Of a stretch of 64,000 nucleotides of DNA, positions 39,697-53,621 are shown in pieces. The DNA comes from Octopus vulgaris (Eukaryota): the NCBI GenBank assembly GCA_951406725.2, contig OX597825.1, positions 64,108,001 to 64,172,000 on the forward strand. The letters are read 5' to 3'. The first letter of the stretch is position 1. The number at the start of each line of letters is the position of its first letter. Made by a program: the position numbers and the translations under genes. A model generated the notes under the pieces. It had not been told where the DNA came from, did not search any database, and saw only the letters and a list, made by a program, of their open reading frames with translations.

Positions 39697-40346
39697 TCTC
39701 ATTCTTTCTGGCACTCAGTCAGGCTTTCTTTTTACACATCGACATTACTTTTCGAAATCAGTTGTAATCATTGTGGTTTGCTCCAGTTATAACAATCATG
39801 CATTTTCTTTATCCTGTTATGTCGAAGAGTCTTTGAACAAGGTCAGAGGATTTTTCTTCTGATAAATAATTTAAAAGGAATTCCTGATGTTCGGGATTCG
39901 GGATGTGTCATGCTCGATTCAAATGGAGAAGGCATACGACATTTGCTGAGTAGAATATCAGGGATAAATAAAATTGCGCATATGAATAACTACATTTAGT
40001 TTTGCAACCGAGGTTCTGATTGGCGCCGGAATGATTTTACGTTTATTAAAATAATTGTATTTTATAAACTTTGAAGGGAATATAGAACATTGTATCATCA
40101 AATACCTTACATTGGAATTAAATAATTTAGACAGAATTTTGTAAATTATGACATATACAACAAATAATTAATGAATAAAAATATGATTTTAGACTCATTA
40201 GTAAACAATCAGTTATGTCAGCAATATATGAGAACCTTTCCAATAACAAAAAGTCAGCATGAATATAAAACATGCATGGATACATACATATGTATGCCTA
40301 TATGTATACACATACACATATACATACATGCACACACGCACACACA

Positions 40347-40380
<34 letters not shown>

Positions 40381-40381
<1 letters not shown>

Positions 40382-40513
40382 GGGAAGCTTTATGAAATTA
40401 GACAAAAGACGAAGGCAGGTTTACGGAAATAAACAAAAGACGAAGGCAGGTGGAATACAAACAAACAATTGTATTAGTATGGCGCTCAGGAAATATAAAT
40501 AAAACAAGTCTTT
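40381..40513. repeat. short repeat fragment embedded in (TA)n with 19-bp internal direct repeat
   Basis: acaaaagacgaaggcaggt occurs twice and (TA)n lies on both sides. Possibly another Penelope-like terminal fragment (inference). Confidence 0.5.
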
Positions 40514-41204
40514 AATATATATATATATTTGCATAAATATATATATATTTGTATAAATACATATGCATACACACACACATATACATATATATGCATATAT
40601 ATATATATGAATATATAGATAGATACATACACACACGCTCATATTTATATTAAGGCGATATTTATCAATATTTTCTCTTTTTTTTTTTTCAAGCTGTATT
40701 AACTTGAACATGGAACTGCTCGAAGACTACTCGTATCGCCCCAGAAGTGCTATTTCAGGCTGGTATTTAATTAATCCTCTATACTTTTCAAACTACATAA
40801 TATAAAATGACCCTCATTTAAATGTATACATGAACATTAAACATTAGGACAAATAGATATGCAGGGGCAGAAATTCACTGTGAACGCTAAATATGAATAA
40901 AAACGAAGAGCGCACTAGATTTTTTCTCCCAAAGTTATTTATGCTATTATAATATTTCAGGACAAAAAAATATCCTGTTTTTAAAAGTTTCAGAGTGCAA
41001 CAGAAAGCAATGATACGTATAATAATCCTTATTTCTTTCCCTTTTTACAATACTTATACTAACTTGAAATGTTGTTATTTTCCTCTTGAAATAGTGGATA
41101 TACTTAACGATATCCTTGCCATATTTACACATTGAGATCCTGACATTCATTACATATTGGTGATCGAAAATTTTTACTTCTCCAACTGTTTCGAATTATG
41201 GCAC

Positions 41205-42432
41205 ACAAGACTACATCTAACCCAGTGCTCAACTGGTAGTTATTTTATCGAAAGGTCAAAGGCAAAGTCGACCTCGGCAAAATTTGAAGTCCGAATGTAA
41301 AGATGGACGAAATATCACTAAATATTTTACCCCGTTTGTTAACTATTCCGCCAGTACATCGCCATTCTTAGTCGTTAATAATATATTTCAACTCTGCATA
41401 ATTTACATCCCAGTTATGCACTTTAGCGAATGACGGTCAATACGATTACACTACGTCAAAGCAAAGAGACAGACAGGCAGAGTAAATGCAATTAGGCGGT
41501 ATGGCAACAAGATACCCCAAGAGATACTTGTCCGTGACATCGAGAATGCTGTTTACACAGTATCACATTGAAGTGAAAGGCCTGTGTTGTGTACTTTATT
41601 TGAACAAATCTATGGAATTTACACGACTCATTGAAATTCGTGTTGCTTATTTCTAATAGATTTTGCAAGATCTGCATTGTAGCTTCTCAAATGGCTATCT
41701 CGTCATATCTGTCCATCTCTCTCTTCTTCTCTGCTTTTATGTCTCTCTCCTTTGCTCTCATTCTCATTGTATCTTTCTCTTCACCACTCACTCTCTTAAC
41801 TATCTGCATTACTTCTATATCTGTTCAGAATATTTGTGTCACTTTATTTCAAAAAGGGTAATCGTAATACCACCAGAAATACACAGTTGCATTAATGTAT
41901 ATGCTCGCATATATATCTATGTGTGCATGAATATATGTATATTTGTGCGGAAATATATGTACATGTACGTACAATGCACAGCATAGGGAACGCTAATAAA
42001 AAAGAGTTGGTAGTTGATTTCAGTCTAGAATGAAGAAATTACACGTCATATTATGATGTATCATAACTGGAAACAAGAAAAGAAGCGAAGTGATTCAGCA
42101 GAGACAAAAGCGAAAACTGTTGATGTTAATATTTTATGAAATTGAAATATGATTGGATAAGTAGTGGAAGGTGTTACTTTAGGAAAAAGTGGTAATTAAT
42201 GCTGGTAATTAGTGCGGGGTTGCCATGTCTATGCGGAGCGTAATACATCTATCGCATGTGAATTAGTGTTGTAAATTATTATTGTTCTGTGGTATGTGTA
42301 ATATTCTTTTTATACTCTAGACACAAGGCCCGAAATTTTTGGGGAGGGTGCTAGTCGATTAGATGGACACCAGTACGCAACTGGTACTTAATTTATTTCC
42401 CGCGAAAGGATGAAAGGTAAAGTCGGAATTTT
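41205..42432 (-). mobile_element. two diverged family A SINE fragments (41205-41365 and 42305-42432)
   Basis: aaaggcaaagtcgacctcggcaaaatttgaa and actggtacttaatttatttcccgcgaaaggatgaaaggtaaagtcg. Confidence 0.75.
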
Positions 42433-42897
42433 AAGTGGTGTGCAATATTGTGTGAGAGTGTATATTAGTGTATGGTAGGAATGGATGAATTTATACTTGT
42501 GTGATATATGCGCGGATGCTGTGTGAGTTTATGATGTACTAACGAGTACAGTGAAGTGCAATGCTGATGTGTAGTGTATGTAGATTTTATAAAAGACTCT
42601 ATATGAAAATCATATGAATCATGTGATCTTAATAAATCACGTTTTCACATTCTTCCAATTTGTCAACCACAAACAGTAAATCTGCCATTCACAACTCGAC
42701 AAAAATGAATTCATTTTTATAAGAATGACATACGCTACTTTTCCTGTACTGAGTAAAGTTTGGTTGAGCAAAAATTAACAAAGGCAATTTCGCAATTTCT
42801 CACGAAATATTCTGGAATAAAATATGTGTGAAAAACCATTTTAATCATGTTTCTGTGAACTCCAAGGATTGAATATATCTACACTCTAAATATTCCC

Positions 42898-43153
42898 GGG
42901 AGATAATTCTCTTTTTTGGCACGTGTGGAAATACATATATTATGCTGTGAATGACGTTGATTCACATGACGCATCTTCGGGCTTCCTTTCACGCCGGGAA
43001 TTACTGTGTCGCATTCACAACCCGATAAAATTTAAATTATGCTTATTAGATTATTCGGTAGGTTTGCTGATTTACGAAACATACATGTATATGTATTTCA
43101 ACTGCTAAGAGGCAAATACGTTGCACGCACTTACGGGGGAGAAATTATCTCTC
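42898..43153. mobile_element. candidate fold-back MITE
   Basis: Nested inverted repeats: gggagataatt/aattatctctc at the ends, then gaaatacatata/tatatgtatttc, then tgtgaatg/cattcaca. Confidence 0.45.
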
Positions 43154-43524
43154 TTATCGTAAAAAAGTTTGTTCAGTGTCACCATCTGCTATGAATCCCA
43201 GACATCGATATTTAGAGTTTTTTTGAAACATAAAACTCGATACTTGAAAAAAACTCGACGAAAGAAGACAACTCAAAAGAAGTCTAGAAAAAAAATTGAA
43301 ACATCAGTGACTGGGATTTCTGATAGATTGCGACAATGAAAAAACCGGGTATTTTCAAACCGTTTTACCATAAGAGAGATATTTTCTCTACGGTAACTGT
43401 AGTAAATTTTACATTAAGCTGTTGAAATATGTCACAAATATATTCTAACTATCTTAACTTTTGGCTTCTGCTTAAACGCTGCTTTTTATCCTTAAACATA
43501 GGACAATTTAATAGGAAACTATAG

Positions 43525-44360
43525 GTGCAGGTTCAAGGTGCAGCCATTGTTGTTGGCGGGGCTAAAAATGTGAAAGGCCCCTGGTGGTACAGAAAACTTA
43601 AACAATTTTTAGCTGATCAATCCACAACTGTTTTGCTTTACTGTAGGTATGTAAATGAGAGCAATATTTTAGATAGGACAATCTGTAGTAACTGTAATGC
43701 AGAAACCGAGGGGCGCATAATGGAAAGCAACCACCACGTAGCTAACTGCATTCACCAAAGTATCAAGGTAACTATACATTACCCCACTAGACACCATGAC
43801 AGTAGCCTCTCTATTCTTGATACTGAACTTTGATTAGAAACAGTGTACAACAGATTACAGCTTCTGCGTTCCTATTACATAGCTTCTAAATATGTTGTTC
43901 AGAAGAACTCAGATTTGTCACAAAACATGAATCGACATACTGATAGCAGACTTAGCATAATAAAAAAAAATGTTTCGCCACTAGGCGAACCCTACCAAAC
44001 GAAACTTCATGAATCGCATGGAATTCTCTTGATATGACCATAAAGGTAAGATTCGGATATACAGGGGAACTTGGAAGAAGTTAGCGTTATATGTAATAAA
44101 ACTAGTGGTAGCTACCCTAGATACAGAGGTAAAGACTGCAATAGGATACCGAGAGTTTGTGACAATGAAAAGATGGTGAATATATGGTATAAGGCCGAGA
44201 AATATCAACGTGTATGTTTATAGGGGCCACAGCCTATAGGAAATTTGCTCGTACATTTAGGAAAGATCTGAAGGATCCCAAACTCAATATTAAGATCGTT
44301 GAGAAGCAAGGGAGCTCCATCAGATCATAATTATATAGGACTTACCCTTTCGAGAATATC
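43525..44360 (+). mobile_element. decayed Penelope-like element reverse transcriptase (motif C, thumb, linker toward GIY-YIG)
   Basis: WWYRKLKQFL..VLLYCRYVNESNI (YVDD motif decayed to YVNE), ANCIHQSIKVTIHYP..LSILDTEL, FMNRMEFS*YD, PRYRGKD..WYKAEKY, KLNIKIVEKQGSSIRS*LYRTYPF. The motif order matches Penelope-like RTs. Stops and frameshifts are present. Confidence 0.8.
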
Positions 44361-44462
44361 ACATGCATCAATATGAACTACATGGTATGTAAGATAGTGA
44401 TATACCTATAACTATAGTATATATATACACCAGTAGATTTGATAGTAGACTGTTATGTAAGC

Positions 44463-44503
<41 letters not shown>

Positions 44504-44512
44504 CATATATAG

Positions 44513-44589
<77 letters not shown>

Positions 44590-45137
44590 AGTAGCTAAAC
44601 AGACATTTAGGTGAACAGATACGTAAGTAGATAAACAGGTGCAGAGCTAATACGGACAGACAAGTACACACACACATACACAAAAGTAGACGGAAACACA
44701 TGACCATATACACACAGGCACACTCCACACACACACACACAAAGACGCCCAAGGAAACACATCCATACATAACAGACGCAAGGACATAGTCACACAAACC
44801 CTTACACATAAACAGAATCAAATAAGCACACACAAGGAGGCGGTGGTACACACAAATACACACAAACACAAACATACAACCAAACACAATAACATCCATA
44901 AACAAACACATAAATATGCAATATACATACATACAAACGTACACACATGTATACATATGTATATGAATACACGCACATATATATATATACATACATTTAT
45001 ACATACATACACACATGCACGCTAACACACACATGCTCATAAACAAACAAAAAGTAGAATGCAGCTCCGGTAACGGACAGAGTCAAAACATCTATTGAAA
45101 GGGTTGCACGAAGCAACGTAAATATACACATCTATTT

Positions 45138-45211
<74 letters not shown>

Positions 45212-45486
45212 GTATACATGAGTAAATGTTTGATAGGGGAGACAAGATCATGCGACGAATGTTTTACAATTCCCCTTCGTGACTCTTGTATACATAGCTC
45301 TATAAAAAGGAACATGTAGTTATGAACATGTAGTAGGAACATGTAGTTATGAAGTAGAAAGTACAAGATATTATTTTCATTCCAAATCTGTTTCGTTTGC
45401 CTGTTTTCGCTTATTCTGTCACCAGCTTATTTTGTGTTGGCTCATGAGGTCGCTAATGATTGCTTTACTATTGTGAACGCAAAACA

Positions 45487-45510
45487 GTAATAGCAATAAT
45501 AATAATAATG

Positions 45511-45581
<71 letters not shown>

Positions 45582-45611
45582 GAAGAAGAAGAAGAAGAAG
45601 AAGAAGAAGAA
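45487..45611. repeat. (AAT)n followed by (AAG)n microsatellite
   Basis: Directly visible. Confidence 0.97.
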
Positions 45612-45800
45612 GGGGAGGAATGCTTCCTATGAAAACATACTGGCAATGCTAACGAGATGATATCTATAAAAGTGTATATCTAATGATTGGTTGATTGATT
45701 GCTTTCAAAATCGATACAAACTGTTGACATATCAGTACATGAAGCTCTTAGTACAACTAATATATTTCAATAGTTTGTACTAAAATTAAGCAATATCATC

Positions 45801-45847
<47 letters not shown>

Positions 45848-46136
45848 AATAGAATGTGCATAAAGTTAGGAGGTATGAGATAAATATGTATCTTTCACCA
45901 ATTGATATCCATACGATGACTGATATTTTGCAGTAATATATTTTAGTGTATAATAATTTACTTTACATGCCTGCACTAATGTTTATGCTATAAATTGCAT
46001 AGCACCATTCCACATTTAACGAGTAAATGCAGATATAGGACGCTAGCTCAGCAGATCGCCTGGATACAGATCAATTTCTCCTCAATATACATGAATACCT
46101 ATGGATATGTGTGTTTTATGTATGTATACATTTATG

Positions 46137-46199
<63 letters not shown>

Positions 46200-46552
46200 C
46201 ACACAGACACTCATATATATTATATAGACGCTTTAATGCAAAAGATCTGAGACTGCCGACATTTTAACGTCATAGCCACAATTCTAAATCTGACAGCTGG
46301 AATTTTAAAATTATTAACTAAATTATTTGAAATAGAATGAAGAACATGTAGTGCTTCAAAATAAATCGTGTTGCTATAAATCAATTCTTAAAACTGTATA
46401 TTTTGCTCAATAGATGTATTCTGAAGGAACTGTGAAAGATATTATATATATATATATATATATATATAAGAATGATATCGTTAATTTAATTATCGATCTT
46501 ATCAAGTGGCCAGCATGGGTATAAAAACCTTCAAACGTAATAATAATTATTA

Positions 46553-46685
46553 AAATTATAATTTAGGGTATCTAAGAGATACCTTCATTTTGGAAATAGC
46601 AGTCAAAACTTTACTCTGGTTTTGGAGTCAAGTTGTGGCTGCTATTTCCAGCGTGGGTATCTTTAGATACCCTAAATTATAATTT
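46553..46685. repeat. 133-bp imperfect palindrome / fold-back hairpin
   Basis: The left arm aaattataatttagggtatctaa..gatacc..tggaaatagcagtcaaaactttactct pairs with the right arm ggagtcaagttgtggctgctatttcca..ggtatctttagataccctaaattataattt around a 6-nt loop. Confidence 0.9.
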
Positions 46686-47736
46686 ATATATATATATATA
46701 TAAACTTACTGTTAACAAAAGTCGGAATGCGTGGTATTCAGTTACTCAATAAATCAAAAAAGCATTACGTACAACAAACCGTAGGACAGACACAGAAGGT
46801 CCCTAACTCTTCGTCAGTTACCGACCAAAATATTAATACTTAGTTTCGGGCCTTTAACGATAAAATTGGGAACTTTGTATATCGAGGGCACCTGCAATAT
46901 TTTCCAGAGTATGAGGGCTCGAATAAACAATACAGTACAGGATGGACGGACTTAAGTAAACAAATGTAATGTGAAACGATAGACGAAGATAGAATAAAAA
47001 CGGCTCCTTGGCCAAACACGCCGGTGACGAATAACGCCTTGAAGAAACCTTGAACAGATATAGAAAGAGAAATAGCAAGAGAGGAAGAAAATTGACCGGG
47101 AAATCAAGTGTCCGGTGTCGAAAAAGCTGAGAGATGAGAAAATTAGTTACGCGTCAAGTGTTGGCAGTAGACAGAAGAGAAGAAGGGTGAAAGAGAGGGA
47201 GAGCTGCATGGATACTATAGGGGATATATTTTGGCAAATTTTGTTTTAAATTTTCACCTTGCTATAAGCAAAGTTCTTTCGTACTGAAATTGATTAATTA
47301 AATCATTTTTAAAGATTCCTAAAAGTGCTACATTTTCAAACTGAAGGTTACGCTCACACTGTTCATGAAAATATATCTTTTAGCATTTAACATTTCCAGA
47401 AAAAAATATCGTATAAATTTAAAAGCAAGTTTTATAAAAGATAATTAAAATGTATCATTATAATAATTAAATTAAATCAGAAACACTCGCAATTCTTCTG
47501 GCAATTATTATTGTCGTTATATGTGTTATTCTTTTTCTGTCATTATTGATATTGTTATAGTTATATATTTGCCATCATAAGTATCAACACACAAGAAAAA
47601 TACTACTACTACTACTACTACAAGTAATAACAATAATAATAGTTTCAAATTTTACCAGAAGGGCAGCGATTTTGTTGACAATTATTATTATTATTATTAC
47701 TATTATTATTTTTGTTATAATTATTATGATTGTTAA

Positions 47737-48365
47737 TCTTTCTACTATATACAGAAGGCCTGAAATTGTAGGGGAGGAGGCTAGTCGATTACATCAACCG
47801 CAGTACTCAACTGGTACTTCATTTATCGACCCTGAAAGGATGAAAGGCAAAGTCGACATCGACAGAATTTGAACTCAGATCGTACAGACAGACGAAATGC
47901 CGCTGAACGACTAATAATAATCCTTTACACTAAAGGCGCTAAGCCTGAAATTTTGGGGGAGAGGACTAGTCAGTAATATTGACACTAGTTTTTCAATGGT
48001 ACTTAATTTATTGACCCCAAAGTAATGAAAATCAACGTCGTCCTCGGTGGAATTTGAACCTAGAAGTTAAAGACGAGCGTGATGCCGCTAAGCTTTTTTT
48101 CACCGCTTGCTAGCGATTATGCCGCCTCATTGCCTTAATAATGATAATGGATTCAAATTTTCCCGAAAGGGCAACCCTCTTTTAAGGGGAGGGTATAAGT
48201 CGATAACTTCAACCCTATTGTTTCACTAGTACTTAATTTATAGACCTCGAAAGGATGAAAAGCAAAGTCAACCTCAGCGGAATTTGAACTTAGAACGTAG
48301 CGGCAGACGAAATAACGCTAAGCTTTTCCCTCGGTGAACTATCGATACTGCCACCTCGCCGCCTT
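47737..48365 (-). mobile_element. cluster of three diverged family A SINEs separated by (AAT)n
   Basis: Three central domains near 47830, 48015 and 48250. Confidence 0.82.
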
Positions 48366-48419
48366 AATGATAATGATAATAAAAATGTGTTGTAATATCA
48401 CGCACTTGGTCCCATGGCA

Positions 48420-48570
48420 TCAGTTTCCGTGTATCAAATCCTATCACAAGGACCTGGTCAGACCGAGGCTGTAGTAAAAGACACTTGCGCAAGGTATCAT
48501 GCAGGAGGACTGAACCCAGGACCTTGTTGTTTGTAAGCAAGCTGCTTACCACACAATCACACCTGCTCCT
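48420..48570 (-). mobile_element. family B SINE head fragment
   Basis: gaccgaggctgtagtaaaagacacttgcgcaagg...gactgaaccc...aagctgcttaccacac. Confidence 0.78.
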
Positions 48571-49667
48571 ATAGACACCAATACATACATATATATGCGT
48601 GCGTCTGTTATGTAATTATCCAATAATTATCTGTGCGAGCGGAAATGTTTAGAATCCAAATAGATTCTAAGTGCTTTTTATTAATAATCCGTGACTAAAA
48701 TAAAGTTATCTAGATCATTATTTAATATTTAAATCAAAATCCGTTTACGTTGTTTCGCCTCATGTATATTGCGCTTGTTACAAACTTCATAATGCAAGAT
48801 TTTTTTTCTTTTTCGAATGCTTCAACAGCTATTGTTCTAAGGAAGAAGTGTTTGAAAATCCAACTAGCTTCTGTAACCATTATACATTATTTTATAAATG
48901 AATTAATGGCATTCTAATATTTTACTACATCAATTCTACATGTGTTTTCAAATTGCTATATTACTTTGGGAACACGCTGTCATCTGACTGACAGAAACAA
49001 AGGGACATTTTCTCCAAAGTAAACGATATTGTGAAATTGATGACTTATATTAAGGAGAAAACTCATATTCATAAAGTGCAATGTTGCAAAACATTAATTG
49101 AAAAATATAACATTTATGTTATATATTGCTGACATCTGTTCTGGGACTCCGGGCATTCTTTATCTATAGTTAACTTTATTCCTTTCTACTGAGTATATGA
49201 TATCACATTAGTTTTTGCAGAACATATATTATCATCAAATAACATAAATATGCTATATAAGTGTGCTATATTGATATCATTTTAAATGAAGTGAATCAGT
49301 AACAAAGCCATAAATATGCATAGACAAGAATCCCACACAAAATACGTGTATTTGTGTGTGTGTTTGCGCGCATATGTCCCTGTGTTTGTGTGCGCGTTTG
49401 CGTATGTGTGTGCTTGCATATATCAACATATACACAAACAGAAGTACGCTTATGCCTACGCTTTTTTTGAAATATCGATATAATCCAAATTTGCAATTTT
49501 CATGTATTTCTCCAATATTAGTAGTGAACCGAATCTTCTAGAACGAATGACAATTCACAATACGTTTGAGATGAAATATCGGATACGAATTACTTTGAAG
49601 AGGTTTATGTATAAACCTCTTGCTCCTTGGGTCACTTTCGATGCATGTGAAATCTGAAATATATATG

Positions 49668-50885
49668 CGAGGTTGGGCTGAAAATTTCCTACACTAACAT
49701 TGAAGAATGGATCCTAGAGCTGTGAAATCTTCTATGAATCTGTTTTCAGCCCTTCTTATTTTTCAGCCCTACATTGTTTCGTTTCAAATAAAATGTTATC
49801 TGATTGTACAAAGAGGTCTTCAAGAATAACTAGTAGCGACCTGTCTTGAAACTGAACAAAATGTGGCACCATGGTATTTTCAAGTGTTTGAAGAAAAAGG
49901 GTTCAGATTCCAACGACATTCGTGCGCACACGGTTGCTACCTAAGGGAATGACGCTCCAGATTTGTCAACTGTGCAAATTTTAGGAGGGATCTGAGAGTC
50001 TTGAAGGCGGCCCAATGTATGAACGTCCAGCACCGACGAGGAAAACGTTGACTGCGTTCACAACAGGGCGAGAGATGGCAAGCAATTGACTATAAATCAA
50101 ACAGATAATGCTATCAGCATATCCCGTGAAAGAGTTAAGACTATTCTGCAGAATGAAATAGGCATAAGGAACTCTTCTGATCGGTGGGTTAAACATCTTC
50201 TAACACCTAATTAAACGCGCATCAGGGTGATGAATTGATCCCATGTAGGAAATCTGACGTTGCTTGAGGCTGACCCTGATAGTTTCCTTATCAGTTTCTA
50301 AACACAAGACGTGTGTTTGGTTCATAACATTGACACAGAGACAGGGAAGCAATACGTGTAGTGGAAACAATACCTACTCACTTGCTTCAAAGAAGGTCAA
50401 TGCCGCTTCATCTGCTAGGAAGAAGATAGCTTCAGTTTTCTGGGATGCAAAAGGTATTATGTTTATTAACTATGTTCAGAAGCGTCACACCACCAATGGA
50501 GAGCAATGCAACTAATTGCTGGAGCAATTACGAAAGGCTATCAAAACCAAACGCGCGAGAAAGTTGGTGAAAGCTTTTTCGTTTCCTCAGAACAACGGTC
50601 CGGTACAAAACTTCTAGGTTTCAATGGCTGCTGTGCGTAACTGTGGCTCTGAACTGGTTGACTACCCTCCTTATTCTCAATGTGATTAGCATGTGTTCCC
50701 CAACAGGAATCAAAACTTAGCTGTGAACCAGTGTTGCAATGAGACTGATGTAGTATCTAGTGGCGATTGATTTGTTTTTTTACCAACATGATAAAAGCTC
50801 CACCAATGGAAGAACTATGTAGACCAGAAGGTGAGCTATGTTGAGACCATCATGATCAGCCTTTGAAGCTTTCAACTGAGCCTCG
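49668..50885 (+). mobile_element. decayed near full-length mariner (Tc1/mariner) transposon
   Basis: Degenerate TIRs cgaggttgggctgaaaatttc / gctttcaactgagcctcg, the right one followed by TA. Transposase remnants DRWVKHLL (WVPxxL), ASVFWDAKGIMFINY, LLEQLRKAIKTKR, QNNGPV (HDNAPxH) and LVDYPPYS (HPPYSPDL). About 1.2 kb long. Confidence 0.9.
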
Positions 50886-51925
50886 TAAGCGTTATTCTTC
50901 CAAAATTTGTTTGGTTATCTTTCTCAATGAGTATATTTATGGATGTGTAGGAATATTTACCTGTCTATATCCCTATAGAAATCGTTACGCGTACTCTGTC
51001 TGATCAATAAGTATTCGAACATTTGTCATAGTAACGAAACTAAAGCACGCAGAGTAAAGACTGTTGTGCATGCGAATTAAATTTTAGCATTCTACCACTC
51101 TCCCACTGTTTACAATAGTGCTTGGAAGGAAGATGTGCAGTGTCCGATGGTCGCATTGACGTTTCTAGTGTTTCCTCGTTTTTAGTGTTTACAGCAACGA
51201 ATCAGTTTCACCAGTAAATTTCAACATCAATCATACTCAGACATTAAGAGTACAGACTGTCCTTCTCTATCACGATAATCGGTGTTTGCATTGTCAGATT
51301 GCTGTGGTGGACTAATATAATATTTCCGGAGATTATATTTTAGAAATTATTTCCTTAGCACAGTTCAAAATTCGCATCATTTTGTATTGCGTTATATATA
51401 TATATATACGTAAACCTCACATTTATTCAAATGAATGTATAAAACGAAATAATTCCACATTCTTAATTTCAGTAATCATATAAACTTGCAAATTCGAAAT
51501 AGCCAAGCGACACCCCGTGAATACATGTTCTTAACAGCTGCTTCAATCTGATCACATACGTGCATGGAACTCAGATTATATCTTAAAAGCTCTGATGTAA
51601 TATCGTGTGGGTATGTACGAAGCATTTAGGAAGGTAATTAATGAATTCAGAATGCATGAGAGAATTATTGAGACTATATTAAATGCCACATTTATAATAC
51701 ATGACAATAGCAATAGACAGTTGCAAAAGTTAGCAGTTTTCTTAAGTCCTTGTGGTTTTTGTGTATATTTCTGATATATTTTCATGTGTATTTGAATATG
51801 AAATCCTATTATAAATATTTCAACTATCATAGATATAAAGTGAAAAATATATAGATATAGCAGATGGAAATGAGAGGTAAGTATAAGGTGAACATGAGAT
51901 GAAGTGAGAAAACATATGTGATACG

Positions 51926-52160
51926 AAGGCGGCGAGCTGGCAGAAACATTAGCATGCCGTGCGAAATGCTTAGCGATATTTCGTCTGCCGTTACGTTCTG
52001 AGTTCAAATTCCGCCGAGTTCGACTTTGCCTTTCATCCTTTCGGCGTCGATTAAATAAGTACTAGTTACGCACTGGGATCAATATAATCGAATTAATCCG
52101 TTTGTCTGTCCTTGAATGCCCACTCTGTGTTTAGCCTCTTGTGGGCAGTAAAGAAATAAG
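51926..52160 (+). mobile_element. full-length family A SINE
   Basis: Complete head to tail ...gtgggcagtaaagaaataag, flanked by atgtgatac on both sides (TSD). Confidence 0.9.
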
Positions 52161-52745
52161 GAAACATGTGATACATAATTTGTAGGGAAATAAATGACCT
52201 CAAGCCAAATTTCTGTTGCAGAGAAAGAGTCAGAACTACTCAAACAGAGAACAAGCGTGGCAGATAAATTCTATATGAAAGCCAGGAGTACCCTAGAGAG
52301 TTGGAATAAAGGACATTTAAATAGGTATGTGCGAGAGGGACATAGAAATTGTGTGTGACATATTAACTGATAAGAAGGAGAAAATTGGAAAGGAGTCTAT
52401 TTGCGTAATATAAACTGAGAAGAAAAAAACTGGAAGTAGTGCATCTGCCAATGTGGGTTTGCCCTTCGACTCTGGTTCGCGTGTTTTAAATGGTACGTGT
52501 ATATGTGTATGAGTATGTGCGCACATGGTTTTATTAAACTATCGATATGCATTTGCGCATACAGGTTTCGAGTTATACATTTATTTATTTGTTTATGTGA
52601 TCGTATTTTGTGTGTCTGGAACGAAATTGCTATTTGCAAATATGAATTTTAATAGGAATTAAATAGATACAAGAAGAGAAAATAAGAGATTAAATTTGAG
52701 TGAAAGAAAGAGTGAGGATTCCAGAGAATATATACATGCATACAT

Positions 52746-52865
<120 letters not shown>

Positions 52866-52888
52866 ATATATGTATATATGTATATATG

Positions 52889-52923
<35 letters not shown>

Positions 52924-53544
52924 GTGTGTATATATATGTATGCATGTATGTATGCACATATTTGTTTATATATTATTGTATGCGAGCGCTTTTGCGCATA
53001 AATGAGTACCAATATGCATAAGTGTAAAGTTGTCTGTACATGCTTATATCCAAGCACGCTTATGTGTGATTGTGCGTTTGCTTGCTTGTGTGTACGTGTG
53101 TGTGTGTGTTTGTGTGTGTTTGTGTGTGTTTCAGTATGTCTGTCTCACTGAATGAATGAATGAAATCATTTGCAAACATGAACTTTAATAGGAATTCGGA
53201 AAGGCAGAATTAATGTAAATAATAATTCATAAGTGACCATGAATATATTATGTACAACGCACAGACAGATGTCTGACAGATACTTGTAAACACATATATA
53301 TTTCTATGCATGCGTATGCACAAAAACAAACACATATACTCATATCCATATGGATACTCATCAGCCATAGCTCTATGGATACATACACGCAAGGAGAAGC
53401 AATAATGATTGCATATCACCTCATACATAGACATATACATAATCGTAAGCTACAAATATATATAAAGGACATAAGGGACACACATATCTATCTAGATATA
53501 TGTATGTATGTATATATATATATATGCATATATCTATCTATCTA

Positions 53545-53603
<59 letters not shown>

Positions 53604-53621
53604 GTCTCTAGATAGAGAGAT

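Noticed and set aside
45308-45352. gaacatgtagt repeated three times (p53-half-site-like)
   Set aside because: Only an 8/10 match to the consensus, and simply explained as a short slippage repeat.
46800-46905. Second hammerhead-like motif on the minus strand (GAAAC...GUC...CUGACGA)
   Set aside because: Only 5 nt separate GUC and CUGACGA, so stem I cannot form, and stem II does not pair. An alternative register needs a core of CAGGUGC. At best a decayed relic.
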